Made by a program: the position numbers and the translations under genes
NCBI GenBank assembly: GCA_964390495.1
Contig: CAYMIN010000009.1
Location: 6,155 to 70,154 of the forward strand
Length of the DNA: 64,000 nucleotides
Direction of reading: 5' to 3'
DNA from: an uncultured Armatimonadia bacterium
GTDB lineage: Bacteria; Armatimonadota; Zipacnadia; Zipacnadales; UBA11051
Part shown: piece after piece, positions 9,254 through 18,900 of the stretch
Numbering within the stretch: the stretch's first letter is position 1
Layout of the letters: each line of letters begins with the position of its first letter
Notes under the pieces: generated by a model
What the model was told of the DNA's origin: nothing
The model's input: the letters and a program-made list of their open reading frames with translations, nothing else
Database searches by the model: none

Positions 9254-9760
9254 ATGGGCCAGCGCATCACCATCGAGAAGTGGGCCGAGAACCTCGAAGA
9301 AGTCACCCTTGCCCGCTGGCTGAAGGCCGAGGGCGACCACATCGTTGCCGGCGAAGTGCTGTGCGAGATCATCACCGATAAGGCCACCTTCGAGTACACC
9401 GCTGAGCAAGCCGGCACAATCGTCAGGATCTACGCCGCCGAGCGCAGTACCGTACCCGTCGGCTATATCATAGCCTTCCTCGCCACTGCCGGCGAGCAGC
9501 CGGACCCCGACATCGAGACCCACAATGAGAAGCTGCTTGCCGATAACCAACAGCAGGCGCAACTGGACCTCGACGATATTCTCTCAGCCGCCGGTGGAAA
9601 ACCTGCTCGACCGCGCGCAACCGCGGCCGCACGACGGCTGGCGCGCCAACTTCAGATTGACCTGCAGCAGGTCGCCGACTGGCTCAGTCCGCCCACCGAA
9701 CTGATTACCGAAGACCACGTGCAAGCATACTTGAGCGACAAAGGGAGCAGCGGTGATTGA
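9254..9760 (+). CDS. stand-alone lipoyl-attachment domain + peripheral-subunit (E3/E1) binding domain protein; E2 without a catalytic acyltransferase domain
   Basis: Lipoyl-lysine motif [11 protein letters not shown]. Ala/Pro-rich linker, then a PSBD-like segment [19 protein letters not shown]. Only 168 aa, with no CAT-like catalytic core (no DHRxxDG). Confidence 0.75.
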   Translation: MGQRITIEKWAENLEEVTLARWLKAEGDHIVAGEVLCEIITDKATFEYTAEQAGTIVRIYAAERSTVPVGYIIAFLATAGEQPDPDIETHNEKLLADNQQQAQLDLDDILSAAGGKPARPRATAAARRLARQLQIDLQQVADWLSPPTELITEDHVQAYLSDKGSSGD

Positions 9761-10499
9761 CCTAAGCGGCAAAGTGGCGCTGGTGACGGGTGGCTCGCGA
9801 GGCTTGGGCCGGGCCATCGCGGTACAGCTCGCCGAAGCCGGCGCGGAGGTTGCGGTCAATTACCTGCAGAACGCCGCAGCGGCTGAAGAGACCGGTCGCC
9901 TCATCACCGAATACGGACGCCGCTGCATTCTCTGCCAGGCGGACGTGAGCGACCGCGAGGCCGTCAAGGCGATGGTCGAGCAGGTTTCCCAGGAATTGGG
10001 CGGGCCGGATATCCTAGTCAACAACGCCGGCATCATCAGCGACCAGTTCCTCGCCTTCATGAAGCCGGAGCAGTGGGAGAGCGTCATTGCCACCTCCCTG
10101 ACCGGCGCCTTCAACTGCTGCCAGGCGGCCATGCGGCCGATGCTGAAAAAGCGCTGGGGTCGCATCGTCAATATCGCCTCTGATGCCGGCTTGATGGGCG
10201 ACTTGCGGCGCACCAACTACGCCGCCGCCAAGGGTGGTTTGATCGCCTTCACTAAGGCGCTGGCGCGTGAGGTTGTCGCCCAGGGCATTGTCGTCAATGC
10301 GGTGGCGCCGGGTGTCATCGAGACCGACCTGATCGCTGAGATGACCGACAAGCAGCGCGAGCAGATGTGCCAATTGATCCCAGCCGGTCGGTTCGGGCGG
10401 CCTGAAGAGGTCGCTCCCCTCGTGGCATTTCTGTGCTCGCAGCATGCCAATTACATCACCGGCCAGGTCCTCAGCGTTGACGGCGGCCTCCGCATGTAG
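9753..10499 (+). CDS. fabG: 3-oxoacyl-[ACP] reductase-like short-chain dehydrogenase (FabG family)
   Basis: GTG start with a [20 protein letters not shown] and NNAG motifs, YAAAK catalytic YxxxK. 8-bp overlap with the upstream gene. Confidence 0.8.
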   Translation: MIDLSGKVALVTGGSRGLGRAIAVQLAEAGAEVAVNYLQNAAAAEETGRLITEYGRRCILCQADVSDREAVKAMVEQVSQELGGPDILVNNAGIISDQFLAFMKPEQWESVIATSLTGAFNCCQAAMRPMLKKRWGRIVNIASDAGLMGDLRRTNYAAAKGGLIAFTKALAREVVAQGIVVNAVAPGVIETDLIAEMTDKQREQMCQLIPAGRFGRPEEVAPLVAFLCSQHANYITGQVLSVDGGLRM

Positions 10500-10526
10500 C
10501 GCCTGAATCGGCTGTAATTCCCCGAC

Positions 10527-10555
10527 TTGCAAAGCCCACCTGAATCGTTTATATT
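10527..10555 (+). promoter_or_regulatory. sigma-70-like promoter candidate (TTGCAA-17 bp-TATATT) for the DUF47-pitA-fabF-KS-like-E1alpha transcript
   Basis: Hexamers read directly, with 17-nt spacing, inside the 213-bp gap upstream of the DUF47 gene. Confidence 0.45.
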
Positions 10556-10712
10556 GTGGGCGCGGATAGAAGTAATTCACCTCTACGATGGGATCGGATG
10601 CGTTACCGTAAACGTACATTCCCACGTACCGACCTGCCACTAGGCCTACCGCCACTTGCTATTGCTCCACTGTCACTTGCATCCAGCGACCTCAAGGGAA
10701 GGGACGGATATC

Positions 10713-11378
10713 ATGCCGGGGCGGAACCGTTTTCTTGACGGCCTGCAGCGGGTCATGCGTGCCTTCGCGCCGAGCGAAGAGAACTTCTTTGAGCTGTTCG
10801 AGGCTCTGGGCGACAAGGCCCTGGCGGCCGCCGAGTGCCTCGACGATGTCATGCAGAGGTTCCACCGTTTGCCGCTAGCTGTAGAGAGAATCGAGGACAT
10901 CGAGCACGAGGCCGACGAGATCGTCCACGAGGTAGTCAGGCGGCTCAACACCACCTTCGTCACCCCCGCCTTGTTCGACCGCGAGGACATCTACCGCGTT
11001 GCCGAACGCCTCGACGACATCATTGACCAAACCAAAGGCGCCATTGACCGCCTACAGCTTTTCAAGATTGAGAAGCCCACCGACAGGTGCAAAGAGCTGG
11101 TGAAAATCTTCGTGCAAGCGGCAGAGTGTCTGCAGAGCAACATGCACAACCTGGCCGGGCTCAAACCCACAGACTGCGAATACGTTGCCGAGGTCAACAC
11201 TCTGGAGAACCAGGCTGATGTGGTCAACCGGGCGGCCATGAGCGAGCTGTTCCAGTACGAAGGCGACCCCCGTCAGATCATGAAATGGCTGCAGATTTAC
11301 CAATTCATCGAAGAGGCGATTGATAGCTGCGAGGCGGCAGTCAATTTCGTCGAGGCAGTGGTGGTGAAGAATGCCTGA
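10713..11378 (+). CDS. DUF47 family protein (PhoU-like putative phosphate-transport regulator)
   Basis: Helical PhoU-like sequence. Conserved pairing with, and 8-bp overlap of, the downstream PiT transporter. Confidence 0.7.
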   Translation: MPGRNRFLDGLQRVMRAFAPSEENFFELFEALGDKALAAAECLDDVMQRFHRLPLAVERIEDIEHEADEIVHEVVRRLNTTFVTPALFDREDIYRVAERLDDIIDQTKGAIDRLQLFKIEKPTDRCKELVKIFVQAAECLQSNMHNLAGLKPTDCEYVAEVNTLENQADVVNRAAMSELFQYEGDPRQIMKWLQIYQFIEEAIDSCEAAVNFVEAVVVKNA

Positions 11379-12405
11379 CCTGCCGATCTGGGTCTGGGTG
11401 ACCGTCGCGGTGGCCCTGACCTTCGACTTCATGAACGGATTTCACGATACGGCCAACGCGATTGCCACTTCCGTGCTTACCCGGGCCTTGAGTATCCGTC
11501 AGGCGATTGTGTTCGCATCAGGCCTCAATTTCCTGGGTGCGGTGGTAAGCGTCAGGGTCGCCGCAACCATTGGCAAGGGCATCGTGGACCCGGCCGATAC
11601 CTCGCATACGGTAGTGCTGGCCGCTTTGCTCGGGGGCATTACTTGGCTGCTCATCACCTGGTATCTGGGCTTGCCGACGAGTTGCTCTCACGCTCTCGTT
11701 GGCGGAGTGATTGGAGCTGTACTGGCTGACCATACGACCCTTCAGGCCGGTGGCGGCATGCTGGGCTGGGGTGTTAACTACGGTGTGCTACAATACGCGG
11801 GGCTGACCAAGATATTCGTGTCTCTGCTACTGTCCCCGATATTCGGTGTGATCGTCGGTGTCGCGCTGATGATTACTCTGTTGCACATCTTCGGCCACTG
11901 CGCCCCGGCGGCGCTCAACCGCCATTTCAAGCGTTTCCAGATCATGTCCGCAGGCTTTATGGCCTTCAGCCACGGCTCCAACGACGCCCAGCAAGTCATG
12001 GGCATCATCACTCTTACACTGGTTGCGAGCGGAGCTCTAGGCACCTTTATAGTCCCCTTCTGGGTCAAGGTGTGCTCGGCCACTGCTATGGCTCTGGGCA
12101 CGGCCGCCGGCGGCTGGCGGATCATTAAAACAGTCGGCCGCAAGGTGATGGAACTGAAGCCGATCCACGGTTTTGCCGCCGAGACGGCTGCAGCCTCAGT
12201 CATCCAGTTCGCGACGCACTTCGGCGCTCCGGTCAGCACCACTCACGTCATCTCCACCGCCATAATGGGCGTGGGCCTATCTCACCGACTCACGGCGGTG
12301 AGATGGGGCGTAGTGGGGCAGATCGTCGGCGCTTGGATACTGACGCTCCCGATGTCTATGTTCTTCGGCGCGCTGGCTCACTGGATAATCCACAACTGGC
12401 TGTAA
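11371..12405 (+). CDS. pitA: PiT-family inorganic anion (phosphate/sulfate) transporter
   Basis: N-terminal FDFMNGFHDTANAIATSV and a repeated C-terminal GSNDAQ-type motif. Confidence 0.85.
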   Translation: MPDLPIWVWVTVAVALTFDFMNGFHDTANAIATSVLTRALSIRQAIVFASGLNFLGAVVSVRVAATIGKGIVDPADTSHTVVLAALLGGITWLLITWYLGLPTSCSHALVGGVIGAVLADHTTLQAGGGMLGWGVNYGVLQYAGLTKIFVSLLLSPIFGVIVGVALMITLLHIFGHCAPAALNRHFKRFQIMSAGFMAFSHGSNDAQQVMGIITLTLVASGALGTFIVPFWVKVCSATAMALGTAAGGWRIIKTVGRKVMELKPIHGFAAETAAASVIQFATHFGAPVSTTHVISTAIMGVGLSHRLTAVRWGVVGQIVGAWILTLPMSMFFGALAHWIIHNWL

Positions 12406-12428
12406 ACTCCGCACACAGGCGATGAGCG

Positions 12429-13655
12429 ATGCAGGCCAGGCTGTACCATGTTGCCATAACCGGGCTCGGGGTCGTCAGCCCTTTGGGCAGCGGCGCCAGT
12501 ACCCTCTGGGAGGGTTTGCTGGCCGGCTGTCGCGGTCTCACTAGCCTGACCAAATTCGACCCCACCGGCCTGCGCAACCAGAAGGCCGGCCAGGTTAATG
12601 ACTGGCAATTCGACCCCGCTGAATATGGCCTCCAGCAAGCGCCTGACGAGGCCACCCAGTTTCTGCTCGCTGCGGCGCACGAGGCGGTCGCCGATGCCGG
12701 TCTCGATGACCGTTTGCACCCAGGCGCGGAGCCTGTCGCGCAGGCAGGGGCAGTGCTGGGGACCAACTTCGGCGGCGCTGCTTCGTGGGAGAGCTACATC
12801 AACGGAGTACTGGTCGGCCGGCCCTCACCCACGGCTTTCGAGCAATTTAGCTTCCACGAGGCGCTATCCCTGCTATCCAGCAGCTTCGCCCTCAGTGGCC
12901 CCTGCAGCCAGCTCTCCATGGCCTGCGCCTCCGGAACTGCCGCTATCGGCTACGGAGCCGAGCTGATACGAACCGGCCAGGCCGAGCTGGTGCTGGTCGG
13001 CGGCTACGATGCCCTGGCTCCCAGTATTCTCAGCGGGCTAAGCCTACTCCGCACCATGACCGATGACGACCTCTATCCGTTTTCGGCCAACCGCAGTGGG
13101 ACCCTTTTCGGTGAGGGCGCGGGCGTGCTGGTGCTGGAGAACCTGCAGCGCGCCCACCAACGCCGCGTGCGCTGCTACGGCGAAGTCTTGGGGGCGTGGC
13201 AGAACAACAATGCTTACCACCTGACCGCCCCCGATGCCGGCGGTGCCGGTATGGCACGAGCCTTGCGGGGAGCGCTGCAGGTAGCGGGAATTGCCCCTGA
13301 GGACCTGGATCACATCAACGCCCACGGCACCGGGACAGAGTACCACGATGTGGCCGAGACCGAGGCGATCAAGGCCGTCCTCGGCCCGGCCGCTTACGAC
13401 ATAACCGTGGTGTCCATAAAGGGGGCTATCTCGCATCTGATGGGGGCAGCCGGGGCCGTCGAGGGTGTTGTGACAGCTCTAGCGCTCTTCCATCAGATGG
13501 TGCCGCCTACCACCAATTACGGCGATCCGGACCCGGCCTGTGACCTGGACTACGTTACCACCGGCGCGCGCCGCCAGCCTATCAAACACGCGGCCTCGCT
13601 CTCAGCCGGCATCGGCGGCGATAACGCGTGTGTGGTCCTGGGCCGGCTTATCTAG
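12429..13655 (+). CDS. fabF: beta-ketoacyl-[ACP] synthase II-like condensing enzyme (intact Cys-His-His triad)
   Basis: Active-site Cys in SMACASGTA, HGTGT present (INAHGTGTEYHD), and second His in SIKGAISHLMGAAG. Confidence 0.85.
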   Translation: MQARLYHVAITGLGVVSPLGSGASTLWEGLLAGCRGLTSLTKFDPTGLRNQKAGQVNDWQFDPAEYGLQQAPDEATQFLLAAAHEAVADAGLDDRLHPGAEPVAQAGAVLGTNFGGAASWESYINGVLVGRPSPTAFEQFSFHEALSLLSSSFALSGPCSQLSMACASGTAAIGYGAELIRTGQAELVLVGGYDALAPSILSGLSLLRTMTDDDLYPFSANRSGTLFGEGAGVLVLENLQRAHQRRVRCYGEVLGAWQNNNAYHLTAPDAGGAGMARALRGALQVAGIAPEDLDHINAHGTGTEYHDVAETEAIKAVLGPAAYDITVVSIKGAISHLMGAAGAVEGVVTALALFHQMVPPTTNYGDPDPACDLDYVTTGARRQPIKHAASLSAGIGGDNACVVLGRLI

Positions 13656-13659
13656 CAAC

Positions 13660-13766
13660 GCGTAGCTCGGCCTGCCCTGAGCTTGTCGAAGGACAGGTGA
13701 GAACGCGGTTCACCGCGTTCTCAGCTTCCAGCTCGAGGTCATTGCCGTGATTACACTGTGCCATTT
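13660..13766. repeat. long copy of a dispersed intergenic repeat element with two hairpins
   Basis: Aligns to 43974-44077 over ~105 nt, roughly 80% identical by eye. Hairpins cctgccc..ggacagg and gagaacgcgg-ttca-ccgcgttctc. Confidence 0.7.
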
Positions 13767-13794
13767 CACTCGGGGATAATCCAGACTACAGACT

Positions 13795-14799
13795 GTGAAA
13801 AACGCATCGTCTCAAAACCAGCGCATAGTCATCAGCGGAGCCGCACCGATTGCCTCCGTCGGCATCGGGCGCGAGGACTTCTTAGAGGGCCTGCGCGAAA
13901 ACCGCGCGGGCCTCGGCGCCTCGCAACGCCTGACTGATGCCGGCGGCTTCGCACAGGTGGCGGAGTGCCGCGACTTTGTGGTCGAGGACTATCTGGAGAG
14001 CAAGAAGACCTACCTCGACCGCTGCTCGGAGCTGGCGCTGGCGGCTGCGGCCCTGGCCTTCGCGGACGCCGGACTGGTCTGGTCGGAACTGGATGGCGAG
14101 CGGATCGGCCTATGCCTGGGCACCGCCTACGGCTGTCTCGAATCCATGACCAATCACACAGCGCGGGTGCAGGCCAAGGGCTTGCGTTTCGGCTCGCCGA
14201 TGATCTTCACCCACACAATGCCCAACTCACCCACGGCGCTGGTGGCCATCGAGTACGGTATCCACGGGCCGGCTGGGACCTTTTGCGCCGGCAGCATAGC
14301 GGCGGCCTGTGCGCTGGAGTTCGCCCTGCGCCGCCTCAAGAGCGGAGATGCCGACTTTGTACTGGCCGGCGGCTGTGAGGCACTGAGTGTCGCGCTGCTT
14401 GGCGGCCTGGGCGGCCCCGAGCGACTCGGGCCGGATTTCGTACCGGGTGAGGGCGCCTGCCTATTCGTCCTGGAGCGCATGCACACGGCAGCGGCCAGAG
14501 GTGCTGAGATGCTAGCCGAGATCGCCGCTGTCGGTCTGGCGGTGGCTACCGAAGCCAATCCCGACGCCGCTCTGGACGCCGCGTGCGCGCAAGCCGCTCT
14601 GACCGACAGGCCCGCGATATTCGCCCCGCCCGCCGCATACGGCCACACCTTCGGCACCTCAGTGGCTCTGGACATTTGTGCGGCACTCGGTAGTTTGAAA
14701 TCGGATGCGAGCTGCGATTGCATCGCCATAACCGGCCGCAGCGGCCTTACCGGCACTCATGCGCCGGCCGCTGCTGTCATCATCCGGAGCCTAACATGA
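13795..14799 (+). CDS. degenerate ketosynthase-like protein (KS partner/CLF-like); retains GHxxG His region but lacks the HGTGT motif
   Basis: KS N-terminal RIVISGAAPIASVGIG. Possible Cys in GPAGTFCAGS. No HGTGT, with ~25 residues missing before AAYGHTFGTS. 334 aa versus 408 aa for the FabF-like neighbour. Stop overlaps the start of the E1 alpha paralog. Confidence 0.65.
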   Translation: MKNASSQNQRIVISGAAPIASVGIGREDFLEGLRENRAGLGASQRLTDAGGFAQVAECRDFVVEDYLESKKTYLDRCSELALAAAALAFADAGLVWSELDGERIGLCLGTAYGCLESMTNHTARVQAKGLRFGSPMIFTHTMPNSPTALVAIEYGIHGPAGTFCAGSIAAACALEFALRRLKSGDADFVLAGGCEALSVALLGGLGGPERLGPDFVPGEGACLFVLERMHTAAARGAEMLAEIAAVGLAVATEANPDAALDAACAQAALTDRPAIFAPPAAYGHTFGTSVALDICAALGSLKSDASCDCIAITGRSGLTGTHAPAAAVIIRSLT

Positions 14800-15776
14800 G
14801 CTATCCAGCCAAGGAGTTAATCGCCCATTATCGGCTGATGGTCACCATCAGGGAGTTTGAGGAGGCTCTGGATGACCTCTTCAGTCAGGGACTAATCACC
14901 GGCACCGCGCACTTCTGCCGAGGCCAGGAAGCCTGTGCGGTGGGAGCCGTCGCGGCGCTGGAAGCCTCTGATTTGGTGACATCGAATCATCGCGGGCACG
15001 GCCATTTCATCGCCAAAGGCGCGGAACCGGGGCGGCTGATGGCTGAGCTGATGGGCAAGCGGGCCGGCTATTCCGGCGGGCGCGGCGGCTCCCAGCACAT
15101 GGCTGCCTTTGACCTCGGCTTCCTGGGCTCCAACGGAATAACTGCCGGTATGATACCGATCGCGACCGGGGCCGCAATGACCCAGAAGCTCAAGCAGACC
15201 GGCCGCGTCGTACTATGCTTCTTCGGCGACGGGGCTTGCGCTCAGGGCGCCTTTCACGAGGCGATCAACATGGGGGCGCTCTGGGAGCTGCCTATCGTCT
15301 ATTTCCTTGAGAACAATCTCTACGCAATGAGCACGCATGTCGGCGAGAATTTCAAGATCACGGAGCTCGTGCAGTTCGCTGACGCATACGGTCTGGCGGG
15401 GGTCAGCGTTGATGGCAATGACTACTTCGCAGTGCGAGCGACGGTCACTGAGGCTGTGAGCCTGGCCCGCTCCGGAGCCGGGCCGACGCTCATCGAGGCC
15501 CGCACCTACCGCATGTGCGGACACTCCAAGAGCGATGACTGCGAATACCGGTCTGATGAAGAAGAGCGAACCTGGGCGGCCCGGGACCCGCTGCTAGTCA
15601 TGAAAAGCCGGCTCATTGCCGACAGCATTATGGATGAAGCGACGGCGGCAGCAGCCGAGCAGCGAGCTGCCGACGATGTTGCAACGGCGATTGAGTTCGC
15701 CCGCCAAGCATCCGAACCTGACCCTGATACGCTCACCGAGGGGCTTTTCGCTGCTTCATACCTCAAGGCTCGGTAG
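14796..15776 (+). CDS. second 2-oxoacid dehydrogenase E1 alpha subunit paralog (TPP-dependent)
   Basis: HRGHGHFIAKG, GSNGITAGMIPIATG and FFGDGACAQG motifs. ATGA overlap with the KS-like gene. No cognate beta subunit downstream. Confidence 0.8.
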   Translation: MSYPAKELIAHYRLMVTIREFEEALDDLFSQGLITGTAHFCRGQEACAVGAVAALEASDLVTSNHRGHGHFIAKGAEPGRLMAELMGKRAGYSGGRGGSQHMAAFDLGFLGSNGITAGMIPIATGAAMTQKLKQTGRVVLCFFGDGACAQGAFHEAINMGALWELPIVYFLENNLYAMSTHVGENFKITELVQFADAYGLAGVSVDGNDYFAVRATVTEAVSLARSGAGPTLIEARTYRMCGHSKSDDCEYRSDEEERTWAARDPLLVMKSRLIADSIMDEATAAAAEQRAADDVATAIEFARQASEPDPDTLTEGLFAASYLKAR

Positions 15777-15935
15777 CTCTAAATACCACGCACGACCCCG
15801 CTGGGCGCAGAAGTAGCGATTCACCGAGGATTATATGAGGCGGTATGGAATGTTCTCATCGTCAACCGATAAAAATCTGCCGCAATTTTTGACCAAACAC
15901 ATCTAACTGAATCGGGTCACTATGGAGGGCTTCTG

Positions 15936-18900
15936 ATGCATTCATCTTACCAGGGTAACACTCTGCTGTTTAGGCTCGTTGCAGTAATGCTGTTTGTGCT
16001 GCTTTACCCGATATGCGTTGCCGCAGCCCCGGGCATCGGCGTCGCCTTTTTCGCCAATGCGACCCCCAACTGCCCCGCGCCTGAGGGCTTCGCGGCCAGT
16101 GACTGGGAATGGCGCCCGCTGTATGTGAGCAACTCCGGAAGCTTCGCTATGCCGCAGAACCCGAACCTCATCGGCAAACCGTTCCACTGGCAAAGTACGG
16201 TCGCGTGGAAGAACCACATGGGCGCTTCCCCGTGGGGCAACAGCGCGGATTTCGCGCACGACGGTCTGCCCTCGGGTGTGTGGCGCAGGTATTCGGAGAC
16301 ACTCTATCATCAAGTGAACGGTGCGGTCATCCCCAACCCGCAGGCGGTCCCGGGCTATGATGTACCGGATTACTATTTCCAGCACTACGGTGCAGGGGGC
16401 ACGATGTCGGCCGACCAGCTCCCCACCAACTGGTATCTCGATCCGATGAAGCGGTGGTTGGTCTGGTCGGCACTCACTGCTTCGGACGGAATTAGTAATT
16501 GGGGTGCGTATCAGGACATCAGCGGAATGTACAGCTTCGAGAAATGGGAAGGCGGGGAGGCCCGTACCCTGCAGTGCGGAGCGCGGATGGGCTCCGGTGG
16601 TGCGGGGCTCTTTGCCGGGCTGCTGGTCGCTGAGTATGCTCTGACTATCGCCTATGACCAGCAGGTGCAAGCCCTCAACCAACAGGTCGCGGCCTACCGT
16701 GCAGCCCAGATGCCCACCGAGCACGACTACTATGGCATTGATGACCCGTCGCTCGGTCAGCGGATCGTCGTCCGGCGCAAAGTCCCCAACTTTGCCATTC
16801 CTTCGGGCTGCGACTCGGGAATTGCGCCCACCCGCAACAGCCAGGGAAGTGTGGGTATTCGCACTCCGGAGCTGACGGCACCGCAGTCCGGAGAGGCCTC
16901 ACAATCCAAGGCCGTGACCTTCAACGAGAGCTTCACCACCGCGACGGTGCCGTTCCAGTTCAGCATCGAGCCGTCCTGTGAATCCGGCACTCCGTCATCG
17001 CAGTTCAGCGGCCGTTTCTCCCTCCGCCTGCACGAATATGGCGGCGGATGGCATGAGGTCCCCATCGCCGGCGTGAAGGCCGGCCAGTGGATCAGCCCCT
17101 GGAGCTACGTGCAGGACCGCGACACGGCCCCAAGCTGGAACAGCACCAATAACGCTGGTGAGGCAGTCTCGACCCAGGTCAGCACCAGTGGCACGAACTC
17201 ATTGGCCCTCGCCTGGTCGGGCGAGGTGATTGTGCGAGCGTATGACTGGGGCGTCAGTCACTTCGATAAGCTGGAGGTGAAGGCCACCGTTTCGGCCAAG
17301 GGCGCCGCGGGTGGAGAGACCACCAAGGCCCGAGGCTGGCTGTCGGTGCAACCGCTGTTCACCCGCAACATCGCCCAGGCGGGGCCGTGGGCGTCAAAGC
17401 AGCCCGGCCAGTCGGTTACCTTCTCGGCGGATACCAGCGTCATCCCAAGCAACGCCACCGCCACCACCTATACATGGACTTTCCCTGACGGCTCGACCCA
17501 GACCGGCAGCAGCGCCAGCTACACCTTCAACACTGCCGGCATCTATGATGTCAAGCTGAAGGTGGACCCGACCGTGCCCGATGTCGCACCCAATGCCTAC
17601 CTGTTCAACGATCCGGCGGGTGGACTCTCCTATGACATCTGTCGGGTTGCGGTCGGCCAGAGCTCGAATCCGGTCGACTCGTCCGACGCGGCCACTGTGC
17701 AGTTCCAGAACGTGACTGTAACGGCCACCGCCTCGCAGATCACCGCCGATTTCACCACCAACACACCCTTACAGGCGCTGTTTTCCTGGAGAATGGCACC
17801 GCCCGATTTCGTCGGCCCGATGCCTACCGGGCTTGAGGGCTACGTGACCGACCAGAATGCCACCACGAACCACCACCTCTCTGTCTCTGTGGACCAGGGA
17901 ACGCCCTACACCCTGAGCATCTCCGTGCAACCCGGCGGATCGGGCACCAAAGTGTACGCCCGCTACGACAACCAGCAACTCTGGAACATCATGACACCGA
18001 CCAGCGGCACGGGGTCCGTGGCCCTGTCATCGAGTACCGCCCCGGTCTCGTTCTCGGTCCCGACATTCGCAGGCACTCCCGGCCAGGCGCACATCACTTG
18101 GGCAAGCGATGTCGCCACCACCACGCGCGTGCAGTGGAGCGACCAGCTAAGCAGTCCCCCAAGCAGCGCCGCTGCCGCCGGCAACTACTATGATCCCACC
18201 TACACCACTGACCACGATGTGACCATCACAGGTCTGACGCCCGGCCAGACCTATACCTTCTATCTGTCGGGCGTACCGCAAGCGAGCACCGGGCACGTCT
18301 ATCTGCGACACCCCTATGCGCCGGGGTCGTCGCTTGCCCCTATCGGCTGGAGGTTCACTGTGCCGCAGTACTATGACTCCGGCAGTCGCGCGGGCGAGGC
18401 ACATCCGCTGGAGTACCTGACGGCTACATCACAGGAGGGGGGAGCTTTGCAGGTCCAGGCCGTCCTCCAGCAGCCGGGCCGGATTCGCCTGAACTACCGG
18501 CCATACGGCACTGGAGACTGGACAACCGGGACCTGGACGGACGCCTCCGGCACCCAGCAGTGGTCGCTGGCTCTGTCTCAAGGGCCGTATGAGCTGGTGG
18601 TGGATTGGGAGACACTCGGTGGTCAGATCATGTCCTCGCGACCATACGCTGTCGTGCACCAAGAGGTGGAGGAACCGCAGCCGGTGGGCTTGATCAGCGT
18701 CACTGTGGTGCGAGCCGACAATAGACAAAGACTGCAGGGCATCGGCGTATGCGTGGATACGTGGAGCAATCCGGACTTCGTAGGCGAGACCGATGCCAAT
18801 GGCAACATCATCTTCCATGACATCGCGGTCGGGGAGCACACTGTTTTCGCCTCGGAGGCGGGCTACCATTCGGCGAATCAGACGGTCACGGTGCAGGAGG

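Noticed and set aside
10556-10738. 60-aa ORF in the leader of the DUF47-pitA operon
   Set aside because: It sits between the predicted promoter and the RBS-supported DUF47 start and overlaps it out of frame. It has no RBS and no recognisable domain, so it is more likely untranslated leader.
13795-14799. Calling the KS-like protein a classical type II PKS chain-length factor (KS-beta)
   Set aside because: CLFs have Gln at the active-site Cys position and retain overall KS length. This ORF may keep a Cys but has an internal deletion removing HGTGT. The window has no ACP, cyclase or aromatase genes.
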